From Candidatus Saccharimonadota bacterium (GTDB lineage Bacteria; Patescibacteriota; Saccharimonadia; Saccharimonadales; UBA4665): 64,000 nucleotides of DNA. The stretch is taken from NCBI GenBank assembly GCA_014377695.1, contig JACMPA010000026.1, forward strand, positions 4,873 to 68,872. Reading direction: 5' to 3'. This document shows, piece after piece, positions 18,793 through 28,611 of the stretch; positions within the stretch are counted from its first letter, which is position 1, and each line of letters opens with the position of its first letter. The position numbers and the translations under genes were made by a program. Under the pieces are notes generated by a model. That model ran no database searches. It worked only from the letters and a program-made list of their open reading frames with translations, and had not been told where the DNA came from.

Positions 18793-19602
18793 CTACTGTG
18801 ATGTTTTGCGGCGGAAGAGCCAGGCAGCCAATGGCATTGCGACGACCAAGATACCGACGCACCATACGATGGCCAACCAAGCTTGATCACCAACTGGTTT
18901 TCCCAAAATAAGCGCTCTAACCGTTTCAACGACGTGGGTAATGGGCTGATTAACTGCAAAGGCTTTAAGCACGCGGTTCATGCCTTCGGCGGGCACAAAC
19001 GCGGTGCTAGCGAAGGTTAACGGAAAGATGATCACAAACGTCAACCACTGCACTGCTTCAACGCTTTTGGCGAATACGCCGACGATGGCTGCAAGCCATG
19101 AGAACGACAGCGTAAACAATAATAAGATACCCGTGATGCACAACCAATCGAGCACGCTGGCGCTACTTCTAAAGCCAATGACAAGTCCAGTAACTAGCAT
19201 CACGGTTGTCGAAATGGAATTGCGAAGTAAGTCTGAGATCACATGACCGTTGAGTACCGCGAGATTATTCATTGGTAGCGAACGAAAGCGATCAACGATG
19301 CCTTTTTGCAGGTCATTGCAAACGGCGATGGCTGTAGTCGTCGAGCCGAAGGCGACAGTCTGGACTATAATGCCCGCCATTAGGAAGTCTAAATACGACA
19401 CGCCCGGCGGCAGCGCTTTAGAAACTGCGCCACCGAATACGGTGGCGAATAGAACCAAGAACATGATTGGTTGAAAGAACGCGCCGAGTAGCTGATCGGA
19501 GTTACGTAAGATGTGCGTACAGCTCCGTTTAATCATCAACAGTGAATCATTTATAGCCGCGATAAATCGCGGCTTCTTTTCGAATACTAATTCAACCGCC
19601 AT
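18793..19602 (-). CDS. ABC-2 type transporter permease (DrrB-like)
   Basis: Six-TM ABC-2 pattern. Its start overlaps the stop of the upstream ATPase gene. Confidence 0.85.
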   Translation of the reverse strand: MAVELVFEKKPRFIAAINDSLLMIKRSCTHILRNSDQLLGAFFQPIMFLVLFATVFGGAVSKALPPGVSYLDFLMAGIIVQTVAFGSTTTAIAVCNDLQKGIVDRFRSLPMNNLAVLNGHVISDLLRNSISTTVMLVTGLVIGFRSSASVLDWLCITGILLLFTLSFSWLAAIVGVFAKSVEAVQWLTFVIIFPLTFASTAFVPAEGMNRVLKAFAVNQPITHVVETVRALILGKPVGDQAWLAIVWCVGILVVAMPLAAWLFRRKTSQ

Positions 19603-20573
19603 TACTTAGTCTCCTTTATTCGCTGAGATACATCAGACTTCTGTTTGCCGGTAAGCGACAAAAACACGTCATCAAGAGTCGGTTTGTGAATTGCCATTTC
19701 ACTAATGTTAAGCTTGGCTGCCGCCAGTACTTCGAGTGTCGTCCGGATATCTTCGTTATTGTCTTGGATGACGATAGTAACCGAGAGTGCTTTATCAGAT
19801 GAGTCAGCAACTCTATTTCCCAAAACCTTGACCGCTTGATCAAGCATTTTAGCATTACTAAAGGTGAGCTCTAAACGATCTTTGCCGACTTTGCTTTTAA
19901 GTTCAGCGGCCGTACCTTCGGCGATGACTTTACCACCATCTATAACAACTATTTTATCGGCTAGTTGATCGGCTTCCTCTAGATACTGGGTAGTCAACAG
20001 AATGGTTGTCCCAGCCGCCATCAGCTTCTTGATTATTTCCCACATCGCTAAACGGGACCGCGGGTCTAAGCCGGTAGTTGGTTCATCGAGAAAAATAACG
20101 GGTGGCGTGGCAATTAAGCTCACGGCTAGATCCAGACGCCGACGCATGCCACCACTGTATGTTTTGGCCGGGCGGTCTGCCGCCTTCACGAGGTCAAATT
20201 CCCCTAATAATTCCTCCGCTCGAGCCGTGGCACTGGCTTTTGTTAGACGGTACAACCGGCCCATCATGACCAAATTCTCACGGCCAGTTAGCAGCTCGTC
20301 AACAGCAGCTGACTGACCAGTCAGACCAATCACACTACGGACATCGTCAGCTGCCGACTGTACATCATAGCCCTCAATTGTGGCCGTGCCACCGTCAAAT
20401 TTAAGGAGAGTACTAAGTATACGAACCGTCGTAGTTTTGCCGGCGCCATTAGGGCCAAGCAACGCCAACATTGTTCCACGTTCGACTCGGAGGCTAATTC
20501 CTTTCAAGACTTCGACACTGCCGTATGATTTAGTTAAATTTTTGGCTTCTATTGCCCAATCGGTGTGTGGCAT
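19602..20573 (-). CDS. ABC transporter ATP-binding protein (DrrA/daunorubicin-resistance type)
   Basis: Walker A GPNGAGKTT, signature YSGGMRRRL, Walker B VIFLDEPTTGLD. Confidence 0.9.
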   Translation of the reverse strand: MPHTDWAIEAKNLTKSYGSVEVLKGISLRVERGTMLALLGPNGAGKTTTVRILSTLLKFDGGTATIEGYDVQSAADDVRSVIGLTGQSAAVDELLTGRENLVMMGRLYRLTKASATARAEELLGEFDLVKAADRPAKTYSGGMRRRLDLAVSLIATPPVIFLDEPTTGLDPRSRLAMWEIIKKLMAAGTTILLTTQYLEEADQLADKIVVIDGGKVIAEGTAAELKSKVGKDRLELTFSNAKMLDQAVKVLGNRVADSSDKALSVTIVIQDNNEDIRTTLEVLAAAKLNISEMAIHKPTLDDVFLSLTGKQKSDVSQRIKETK

Positions 20574-20672
20574 TACAGTAATTCTCTTTATATACTTACC
20601 AGTATAGCGCGCTATAGGTATTCTGCAATTGTGGCCATTAAGTTACGAAATATGAGCGTTTGACTGTAAGTG

Positions 20673-22397
20673 TTAACTTCCAAATGTGAACGCATTGATC
20701 CTTACACCGTTCGGAAAAGTTAGCTTTAACTGCCCATTACGCACAAAGCTAACAGCACTTACTAATTCGTAGAGGCGGGGTCCATCAAGCAAAACCTGAC
20801 CATTTGCGTCAACGTCCTTACCGGCAAACAGCTTTTGACCATTTAGCTGTACGTCGACTCTTGATCCCACTGGCCCATCCATCACTAAGTAGACATGCTT
20901 GGCGTTAAAGTTGTATTTGAGCACGGATTTGTCGGCTTTCGACAATGATGACTGCTCACCAACTTGCCACATGCCTGCTAAACCCCATTGATTGCTGGCA
21001 AGGCTGTTTGCCAATGAGTATGTGACGTCCGTATCGGCTTTAAATTGATCCATATTCTGAAAGCGTTCACCGCGGCTGTAGCTAAGGTACGTTTCTGGGG
21101 TCTCGGCGGAATTTTGGGCTACAGCTGATTCTTTGGTGATACTGGCGCTAACTTTGGAACCTTTTTCTTTGAGCAATGTCTGGATAGCTGACTCTGTCTC
21201 TTCATATTTGCCCTCACCGAAGTGGGTGTAGCGCACTTGGCCGTCCTTATTTATCAGATATTTTGCAGGCCAGAATTGGTTCTTGTAGGAATTCCACGTC
21301 TTAAAGTCGTTATCGAGTGCTACGGGGTATTTGATCTTTTCGTCCTTGACGGCATTTCGGACATTAGCCGAAACCTTTTCGAAGCTGAACTCCGGAGCGT
21401 GTACCCCAATGATGACGAAGCCGTCTTTCTCATACTTGTCGTACCAAGTATTGAGGTATGGTTGGGTTCGTTGACAGTTTATGCAGCTGTAGGTCCAGAA
21501 ATCGATGAGTACAACCTTGCCCTTCAAATTCTCCATGGTTAGTGGCTGCGTATTAATCCAGTCTACAATACCAGCGAATTCCGGTGCTCTATAGGGGTTC
21601 ACATTAAATCGCTTCTCGCCGTTACTCAGTGCACTAACTGGAATGTTTGAATCTGATACATTAACATTCTTTGGTAGGAGTCGCTCTTCGATGCTACTGA
21701 CGCCAGGTATGTGTTCGGCTGCCCATACTTGGAAGCGAGCATCAAGACCAGTCGCGACCAGCAATCCAACAAGTATCAGTATGACGGCAAGGACTTTGCG
21801 AAATACCCCGTTTGGGTTTACTGCCCAGCCAATCTTTGAGGTCAAACGTTTGCCAAGGAGTGCAATGGCTATTAACGCCACGCCGAGCCCAAGAGCATAC
21901 ACAACTATGTATACCAAGCCCTGAGCCAAATTTACCGGTAGGATAGTCGCCAAAATCAGCGCATAGACTGGGCTACAACTCGAGAATACCGGGCCAAGAG
22001 CTGCACCAGTCAGAACCGCCCCAGTAGTCCCTTTTTGCTGGTACGCCTTGCCGAGGAACTTATTTGAGCTGTGTTCAAAACCGACAGCTGCGCTCATGCG
22101 CACCCAGAGCATGGGGAATAACATTGCCACACCGATGATAACCACCAGACCACCCGACAGATAGAGCAACACGTCCGGGTTAATGCCCGTCGCAATACTG
22201 GAGACTTTTAAAAGCAAGGTGAAGGCTATTACGGACACAATTAAGCTCGTAACTATTATGAACGGCTTGCGGCGGTTAGCCTTCTCATCACCCTCGGAAA
22301 GTACTGAGCTACCGATGATTACCGGTAGCAAAGGCAGTATGCACGGTGCGAGCGACGTGAGCACACCGGCTAGAAACGAAGAGATGAGTAGAAACAT
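20673..22397 (-). CDS. DipZ-like fusion: CcdA/DsbD membrane domain + thioredoxin-like domain + C-terminal beta-sandwich
   Basis: TM cysteines LAPCILPLLP and SSCSPVY. Redoxin CxxC FWTYSCINCQRTQP. Long C-terminal domain. Confidence 0.85.
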   Translation of the reverse strand: MFLLISSFLAGVLTSLAPCILPLLPVIIGSSVLSEGDEKANRRKPFIIVTSLIVSVIAFTLLLKVSSIATGINPDVLLYLSGGLVVIIGVAMLFPMLWVRMSAAVGFEHSSNKFLGKAYQQKGTTGAVLTGAALGPVFSSCSPVYALILATILPVNLAQGLVYIVVYALGLGVALIAIALLGKRLTSKIGWAVNPNGVFRKVLAVILILVGLLVATGLDARFQVWAAEHIPGVSSIEERLLPKNVNVSDSNIPVSALSNGEKRFNVNPYRAPEFAGIVDWINTQPLTMENLKGKVVLIDFWTYSCINCQRTQPYLNTWYDKYEKDGFVIIGVHAPEFSFEKVSANVRNAVKDEKIKYPVALDNDFKTWNSYKNQFWPAKYLINKDGQVRYTHFGEGKYEETESAIQTLLKEKGSKVSASITKESAVAQNSAETPETYLSYSRGERFQNMDQFKADTDVTYSLANSLASNQWGLAGMWQVGEQSSLSKADKSVLKYNFNAKHVYLVMDGPVGSRVDVQLNGQKLFAGKDVDANGQVLLDGPRLYELVSAVSFVRNGQLKLTFPNGVRINAFTFGS

Positions 22398-22402
22398 ACG
22401 GC

Positions 22403-22711
22403 TTAGCGACTCATCGCATCAACAGGTGCATCGCTTGGAGTGGCAGTTGGGGTACCGACGCTGGTGTCACTTACAACTGCAGCGTCATCGGTTTTTAGCA
22501 TCATTGCATCGTCGGTTTTATTCATGGCATCGGCATTGGATTCCTTCGACATGGCGGCATCTTCAGTCTTTTGCTTTTGCATGGCGCTCGATTCAATCAT
22601 TTTATCGTTTTTGGTGGCATTATTGTTGGCGTTGGAAGTACCAAGCGCATAGGCACCACCGCCGACTGCTAAAATTGCTAGTATGGCGACAACTATGAAT
22701 TCTTTACGCAT
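22403..22711 (-). CDS. Small secreted Met/Lys/Asp-repeat protein (MXKDX-repeat-like)
   Basis: Signal peptide, then repeats AMQKQ, AMSKE, AMNKT, MMLKT. Confidence 0.5.
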   Translation of the reverse strand: MRKEFIVVAILAILAVGGGAYALGTSNANNNATKNDKMIESSAMQKQKTEDAAMSKESNADAMNKTDDAMMLKTDDAAVVSDTSVGTPTATPSDAPVDAMSR

Positions 22712-22795
22712 GTATTCTCTCCGTGTTAGTTATAAGTGCTAGCTTAATTCTACTAATTCACAATGTCAAGTCGACTTTACATTTGAGAAGTGTGT

Positions 22796-23152
22796 TTAAT
22801 GCCTGGAAAATGATACAGCTATTTTAGATAGGATCATGCTTGCTAGCCCAACTACGAGCCATACATCAACATCATGTTGCAAAGTTTGGACGGCTACGCC
22901 AGCCGTCAAAACGGCACTACCCACCAGATACGCTGCTCGGCCAGCCTGAGCGACCTGAACGTATTCACGCTCATCGCGCGGGGTTTCTCGCCACACGAAA
23001 ATACTTAATCCAAATACCAGTACGGCTAACGTCGCGCTGGATATAACGACAACTCCCATAGGCATCCAATATGGATGGATCAACAGGGCTAACACGCCCA
23101 AAACGGCAAGGCTCATTACCAGCTCACTCTTGAAGTTTTTAGGGTGGCTCAT
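22796..23152 (-). CDS. Membrane protein co-transcribed with an XRE regulator
   Basis: Four hydrophobic segments. Its start overlaps the stop of the HTH gene. Confidence 0.5.
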   Translation of the reverse strand: MSHPKNFKSELVMSLAVLGVLALLIHPYWMPMGVVVISSATLAVLVFGLSIFVWRETPRDEREYVQVAQAGRAAYLVGSAVLTAGVAVQTLQHDVDVWLVVGLASMILSKIAVSFSRH

Positions 23153-23361
23153 AGTTCAAATATCCCCTCTACACTACAGTCTAACCGACGGCTGAGCTTG
23201 AGCGCTAACAATACCGATGGTACATAATTACCTTTTTCGATCGATATTATCGTTTGGCGCGTTACAGCCACATCGTCGGCCAATTGTTGCTGCGTCAGTT
23301 TAGCAGCCTTCCGTAGAACAGATAACTGGTTCTTAACGACTTCGGTGCGTTTATAAAACAT
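23149..23361 (-). CDS. XRE-family helix-turn-helix transcriptional regulator
   Basis: LTQQQLADDVAVTRQTIISIEKGNYVPSVLLALKLSRRL. Confidence 0.8.
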   Translation of the reverse strand: MFYKRTEVVKNQLSVLRKAAKLTQQQLADDVAVTRQTIISIEKGNYVPSVLLALKLSRRLDCSVEGIFEL

Positions 23362-23523
23362 TAGACATACTTTATTATTTTATTCATAAATGTATAGTCA
23401 ACTTTACTCTTTATGCAACCATAAATCAACTTTGTACATTATTTACGATTGCTGACGGTGAGGCGTGCAACGTCGCTTGCCATTAAGCTCTATAATTAAG
23501 TACACAATACAAGGAGGCACGGT

Positions 23524-23904
23524 ATGATCAAAATAGTAGAGACGTTCAGTGGCTTTTGGGTGGACAATCTCGAAGTTGCCAAAAAGTTTTATACTGAAGC
23601 GCTTGGCTGTGAAGTCAGCGATGTGATGGGTGGCACAAACCTAAAAATGCCTACCGGTGCTACGCTATCGGTTTACCAGAAGACCGATCACGTTCCGGCC
23701 GCATACACAATATTGAATTTGGTAGTCGAAGACATCAGTGAAGCTGTAGATCAGCTACTAGCCAGTGGTATCAGACTTGGATTATATGATGGGTTTGGAC
23801 AGTATGAGCGTGGCATAGCCTGGGGCAAACGAGTGTCCATGGGCCCGAACATTGCCCGGTTTAAAGATCCAGCAGGTAATGTACTAGCGGTCATAGAACA
23901 GTAG
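23524..23904 (+). CDS. VOC (glyoxalase/bleomycin-resistance fold) family protein
   Basis: About 125 aa. FYTEALGCEV ... FKDPAGNVLAVIEQ is a typical VOC C-terminus. GGAGG RBS 6 nt upstream. Confidence 0.7.
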   Translation: MIKIVETFSGFWVDNLEVAKKFYTEALGCEVSDVMGGTNLKMPTGATLSVYQKTDHVPAAYTILNLVVEDISEAVDQLLASGIRLGLYDGFGQYERGIAWGKRVSMGPNIARFKDPAGNVLAVIEQ

Positions 23905-23932
23905 GTACGCGCAAAACGCAGGCTGCAGCTGT

Positions 23933-25285
23933 TTGCCTCTAGACAAATTTGCATTCATGGTTATAATCATGCTTAAGGATACAAAAAAGAAAACTATGAC
24001 AAAAAAGATGCTCAAAAGCAAACCAGTTAGTAAGATATCAAAGGCTAAGCCCGCAGTAAAACCACGAGCCACCAAAATTGTCAGTAAAGCCAAGGTAACG
24101 ACCAAATCACACCCAACGACAGCGTCGAAAACGGTCGTAGCTAAAAAAGCCCGCAAATCAGTTACGTCTAAAAAAAGTGTCCAACCTAAAGGCTTCAAAC
24201 ACCACGCAAAGCGGATTTATCATCTAACTCCAAAGTTTATCCACGGTATGGTGGCTGGTGCGTTCGTTGGCGTAGTACTAGTAACGTCCCTCGGCATCAC
24301 TGGCGGTGCGGTTAACGCCAACCCAGCCCCGGCTGGTTGTATAAAAGTAACTGACGGCATTAACGTCAATAACGCCAATGCCAATGCTACCGTTAAGCTC
24401 AACGATGGCTGTGGGGTTCGTAAATTTGTACTAAAAGCCTACTACGCACCGAACGATAAAGGCGGTGCTTTTGGATCACAGCAAGTACAATTTGCTGTGA
24501 CAACACCACCAGCAGTCGTAAAAACTGCTGGACACGAACCAGTCAAAATCCACGTAAATATGTTTGATAACAGTTGTTTCTACCAAGTTGATTTGGTAGA
24601 TGTTACAAATGGTGACAACGACGGGAAGAATCCGATCGCGGCTGTCGCAACCGGCGGCAAAAAAGACTGTCGACCCGATCAATCACATGCCTACGCTTGT
24701 GGGAGTCTCGGACTAACGCCTGGTGATCACACAGCTACAATTTCTACCTTCACGACAACTCAGACGAACGCCACGTTTACAGGCGCTACCATTGACTGGG
24801 GTGATAATACAATCGTCCAGGCCACCGCTGTACAAGGGCAAACCCACAAATACTCAGCCGACAATACCTACACTGTCTCAGTAATCGCTAAATTCACCTA
24901 TACTGGCCGATTTGACGGCGTACACAATGTAACCGCACCGGCCTGTAGCCAATCAATTACGTTTGCCACGCCGCCACCCAACACTAAGTTGATTTATATC
25001 TGCCAAATCAGTTCCAAGCAGATTGTGAATATCGACGAGAAACTGTTTGGCACACCGCAGTACCCTGTCGACCAGTACACAAAAGATTTGACACAGTGTG
25101 TGGTCGTTCCACCGCCAACAGCCCCTCCAACCACGACTCCACCAACTAATGCGCCCCCTGCAACCTTAGCCAACACTGGTCCCGGCGCCGTACTCGTAGT
25201 ATTTGGCCTGGCCATGATCGGCGGCTATGTGTTCCACATGACCCACCGCCACGTCCAACACAAAAAACGCTCACACCGGGCTTAG
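23933..25285 (+). CDS. Cell-wall-anchored surface protein with a PKD-like domain and an LAxTG sorting signal
   Basis: Lys-rich N-tail, signal-anchor MVAGAFVGVVLVTSLGITGGAVNA, PKD-like IDWGDNT...HKYSADNTYTVSV, PT-rich stalk. The C-terminus is LANTG + hydrophobic stretch + HRHVQHKKRSHRA. The start is uncertain: TTG at 23933, ATGs at 23957, 23969 and 23996. Confidence 0.7.
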   Translation: MPLDKFAFMVIIMLKDTKKKTMTKKMLKSKPVSKISKAKPAVKPRATKIVSKAKVTTKSHPTTASKTVVAKKARKSVTSKKSVQPKGFKHHAKRIYHLTPKFIHGMVAGAFVGVVLVTSLGITGGAVNANPAPAGCIKVTDGINVNNANANATVKLNDGCGVRKFVLKAYYAPNDKGGAFGSQQVQFAVTTPPAVVKTAGHEPVKIHVNMFDNSCFYQVDLVDVTNGDNDGKNPIAAVATGGKKDCRPDQSHAYACGSLGLTPGDHTATISTFTTTQTNATFTGATIDWGDNTIVQATAVQGQTHKYSADNTYTVSVIAKFTYTGRFDGVHNVTAPACSQSITFATPPPNTKLIYICQISSKQIVNIDEKLFGTPQYPVDQYTKDLTQCVVVPPPTAPPTTTPPTNAPPATLANTGPGAVLVVFGLAMIGGYVFHMTHRHVQHKKRSHRA

Positions 25286-25301
25286 ATAGCTAGTAAGTTG
25301 T

Positions 25302-25562
25302 TTAGTCTTCGGACTTATCAGCAGACCGCTCAAGAGACTGAGCTTTGGCCATCGACTTAGCATAGATGGCCTTTAGCTTGGCCTTAATACTGTCAGCATA
25401 CTTGCCGGCCCATTCAAATTCATTCGATAACAAGACTAAAGCGATAAACATCACCAACAGGCCTGGCCCCGGCAATGGAACTAATATTGCGCCCACTACT
25501 AATAGCGGAAAGCCAATTAACCCAACACCTACCTTGCGTATAATTTTTTTGGGAGAACTCAT
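25302..25562 (-). CDS. PGPGW-domain small membrane protein
   Basis: LVPLPGPGLLVMFIALVLLSNEFEWA. The ATG at 25562 (MSSPKK) is preferred over the longer ORF. Confidence 0.6.
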   Translation of the reverse strand: MSSPKKIIRKVGVGLIGFPLLVVGAILVPLPGPGLLVMFIALVLLSNEFEWAGKYADSIKAKLKAIYAKSMAKAQSLERSADKSED

Positions 25563-25676
25563 AAGAACATAGTATACAGGTCCCCTAGGATCTACCTGTA
25601 ACCAATTAGCTTGTGCGGCCAGCGTGCACACTAAATCAGTGTAGAAATATCGTTGCTACGTGTACGTTGTGCTGAT

Positions 25677-26078
25677 TTAGAAACTTGGTGTCTTTAATAT
25701 GCCCGCAACTAAATTATCGATGTCATCGTTGGCCATGTTGGCTTTTATGACGTACCCGGCAATGCCCAATTCGGCTAGATTAGAAGGTGCTTCGGCTTGG
25801 TTTAGGTTCGAGATAATTAGCACTTTGATATCTTTGCCCCATGAGCTGGCGCGCATTGTTTCGAGGACTTTGCCGCCAGGGATATCTGGTATCATCAGAT
25901 CCAGGAGCACAAGGTCGGGCACTTCTTGTTGAATAAAATATAGACCGGTTATACCGTTGTAGCCGATAAAGCAGGTGTAGCCGAGTAGTTCGAGCCGAGT
26001 TTTGTAAATCTCGGCTAAGGCGCTATTGTCTTCGACAATAACAATTTTTTGGGTAGGTGGGGTAGTTGGTGTATCCAT
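25677..26078 (-). CDS. Single-domain response regulator (receiver only)
   Basis: IVIVEDN, phospho-acceptor context PDLVLLDLMIP, conserved K in YVIKA. Confidence 0.85.
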   Translation of the reverse strand: MDTPTTPPTQKIVIVEDNSALAEIYKTRLELLGYTCFIGYNGITGLYFIQQEVPDLVLLDLMIPDIPGGKVLETMRASSWGKDIKVLIISNLNQAEAPSNLAELGIAGYVIKANMANDDIDNLVAGILKTPSF

Positions 26079-26125
26079 GGGATCATTCTAGCACCTGTCA
26101 GCTGAATCAAGGTATACTTTACTCA

Positions 26126-27742
26126 ATGAACGCCTTTTATGCGGTGCTGCGACATCGATCCCGAGTACTAGCCTATTTGTTCGGCAGTTTCGTGGTGAGT
26201 TTGTGGACTGTATTACGGCACATTAGCAATGGGGTAAACTTCGACGTCGTCGGTCAAATCGGCTTAGCTCAACAATGGGCGAATGGCTTTCACAGTGGGG
26301 CGCAACTTGGCGCTACCAACTACGTACTAAAAATACCCCTTTACATGCTAGTGAACGACTTTGGGTTTATTAGCCCGATGCACCGCTTACTGCTACTTGC
26401 TCTACTCTGTAATATCGCGACTTTTGCGTTGCTGTTCTTAGTGTTCGAAAAGATTGCCAAGTTGTATGAAATTCGCAATACGCTTTGGTTGTACCTGGCT
26501 ATGATCTGGCTAGCTACGATAGCCGGTAACGTCTTCTGGACTGATTACGCTAATTCTCGTAACTTAGAAACCGTTGGCGGAATTTTATTCCTGTACCTTG
26601 TCCTCAAGTTTATCCGTTCACAGTCGGTTGGTACGGCCAGTCTAGCCGTACTAGCTGGTAGTATCGCATTCTTTGCCGATTCACTACAGTTGTATATTTG
26701 TGGCGGTGGCGCCTGCTTATTTGTCGTAGCTAGGTGGCTGATACGCCGCCAATGCCAGGCTGCAGTTGTAGCTGCTAAAATCATTGGTATTATCCTTCTG
26801 AGCTACGGTGGGGCTAGATTAATCCGTATCATCGTCGAACATACACTACACGTTAGCTTTTTGCTGGCACCACGAGTGGAAATCAAGCTTGACGCGGCGA
26901 CAGTCAGCCAAACCCTGCGAACGGTTTGTAGTAGCACTCTGGATATTTTTGGAGCGAATGTCTTTAAACGACCTTATGATCTTAACTCGGTCCGTGAGGC
27001 TTTGAGTCTCGTAGTACTGGTTGTAGTTATTGCTTTACTCATCCGAGCGGCTGCCACAATACGTTCTAGATCGGCAATGGGTCTTGGACTTAGCGCAATT
27101 TTCGTGAGCTATGTGATTTATGTGGCTAGTGGTCAAGTGCTGGTTCCAGTAACCTACCGTTACCTCATCATGGTACCGCTACTCCTAATACTACTCATTT
27201 CGAATGCGGGTGATGCCATTGGCGGTAGACGTACTGTTGCTGTCGCACGGTTACAGTTTGTTTGGCTAGCCGTCTCACTTGTGAGTAGTGTCATGCTGGC
27301 TGGTGCAGTCGCAACTCATTGGCCAACACGACACGCCAACGACGCACACATCTACGCCACGAGCTCATTTTTGACTAGCAACAACTTGCAGTACAGCCTA
27401 TCTTCACGAGAAGCCGGCATCACTACTACGTATTTTGCCGGTGGCAGAGAAACCGTACTACCCCTCCTCTGTACTGCCGATAACCGTTTAGTTCTGACAG
27501 ATTTATTCTACGACAAGGCTGCCTTCGAGAGCTTTCAGAATTACCAAGGTAACACTGCCATCATTGTGCCCGGTACGGGCATTGTGTCCGGTAGTGACGT
27601 TTGCGACACTACCGCCATTACCGCGCAGTTTGGGCCTCCAGATAGTCAGGGACCCGTCCCCGGAGTTGGTACAGCACTCGTGTACACGCCGGCCGAGCTG
27701 CGGGCACACTTAGCACCGCTGCCAGTTGAGGATGTGCGCTAA
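26126..27742 (+). CDS. Polytopic membrane protein; possible GT-C-type glycosyltransferase
   Basis: More than 10 hydrophobic helices and a soluble C-terminal region of about 120 aa. No diagnostic motif was recognised. ATG at 26126 (MNAFY) preferred. Confidence 0.5.
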   Translation: MNAFYAVLRHRSRVLAYLFGSFVVSLWTVLRHISNGVNFDVVGQIGLAQQWANGFHSGAQLGATNYVLKIPLYMLVNDFGFISPMHRLLLLALLCNIATFALLFLVFEKIAKLYEIRNTLWLYLAMIWLATIAGNVFWTDYANSRNLETVGGILFLYLVLKFIRSQSVGTASLAVLAGSIAFFADSLQLYICGGGACLFVVARWLIRRQCQAAVVAAKIIGIILLSYGGARLIRIIVEHTLHVSFLLAPRVEIKLDAATVSQTLRTVCSSTLDIFGANVFKRPYDLNSVREALSLVVLVVVIALLIRAAATIRSRSAMGLGLSAIFVSYVIYVASGQVLVPVTYRYLIMVPLLLILLISNAGDAIGGRRTVAVARLQFVWLAVSLVSSVMLAGAVATHWPTRHANDAHIYATSSFLTSNNLQYSLSSREAGITTTYFAGGRETVLPLLCTADNRLVLTDLFYDKAAFESFQNYQGNTAIIVPGTGIVSGSDVCDTTAITAQFGPPDSQGPVPGVGTALVYTPAELRAHLAPLPVEDVR

Positions 27743-27767
27743 ACCATAAACCAGGGGAAACTGGTGA

Positions 27768-28250
27768 CTACCCGTTAGCTGCTGCTTGCAGGCCAGCTAT
27801 GTCAATCCGCTTCATTTTAAGCATTGCTGCCATAACTCGACCAGCCTTGTCGGTGTCGGGATCACTTAACAGCTCACCCAGGATTGGTGGGACAATCTGC
27901 CAAGACAGGCCAAACTTATCTTTGAGCCAACCACACTGCTCGGATTCCGGCACTGCTGACAGTGCGTCGTACATATGATCGATTTCCTCCTGTGTCTCGC
28001 AGCTTACTAACAGTGATACCGATTCATTAAATTTAAATAATGGCCCACCATTCAGTGCCATGAATTGCTGCCCTTCTAATTCAAATTGGATTGTCATGAC
28101 AGTCCCAGCCGTTTGACCAGTACTGTCTTGGCCGCTGTCGCCGTATCGGCTCGCGCTGACAATTCGAGATTGAGCGAAGGTTGCTACGTACAGATTTGCT
28201 GCTTCTTCGGCTTCGCTATCAAACCATAAAAAAGGTGTTATTTTTTGCAT
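27768..28250 (-). CDS. VOC family protein, PhnB/YjdN-like
   Basis: The MQKITPFLWFDSEAEEAANLYVATF N-terminus is characteristic of this subfamily. Confidence 0.8.
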   Translation of the reverse strand: MQKITPFLWFDSEAEEAANLYVATFAQSRIVSASRYGDSGQDSTGQTAGTVMTIQFELEGQQFMALNGGPLFKFNESVSLLVSCETQEEIDHMYDALSAVPESEQCGWLKDKFGLSWQIVPPILGELLSDPDTDKAGRVMAAMLKMKRIDIAGLQAAANG

Positions 28251-28611
28251 GTGGGCTCCTACTTCATAGGTTTATTATCGTCATACCGGTAGTATAAACA
28301 AATAGCCAATGTATTCGGTATCTAATCTGTTATCTGGCCATTTAATACTAGTAATACAATACTAGTTCATACTTGTCAATATCTCCGTGCTAACTTTTAA
28401 AAGCCCCAAGTGTGTAGGGTTAGCGTCCTGCCAGCCGTGCTTACGAGGCAGCGACTGCAGTTGCTGAGCTGGTGATCAAAAAAATGAGCGTAACAGCTGG
28501 CAGAAATCGTGGATATTTAAAGACTAGTTTCATGTTGAATGTGTTTGTATGTACGAGATTACGTTTTTATATTGCACCGTTGGGTTAGAGCTGTCAATAG
28601 CAAGGCGGTGA

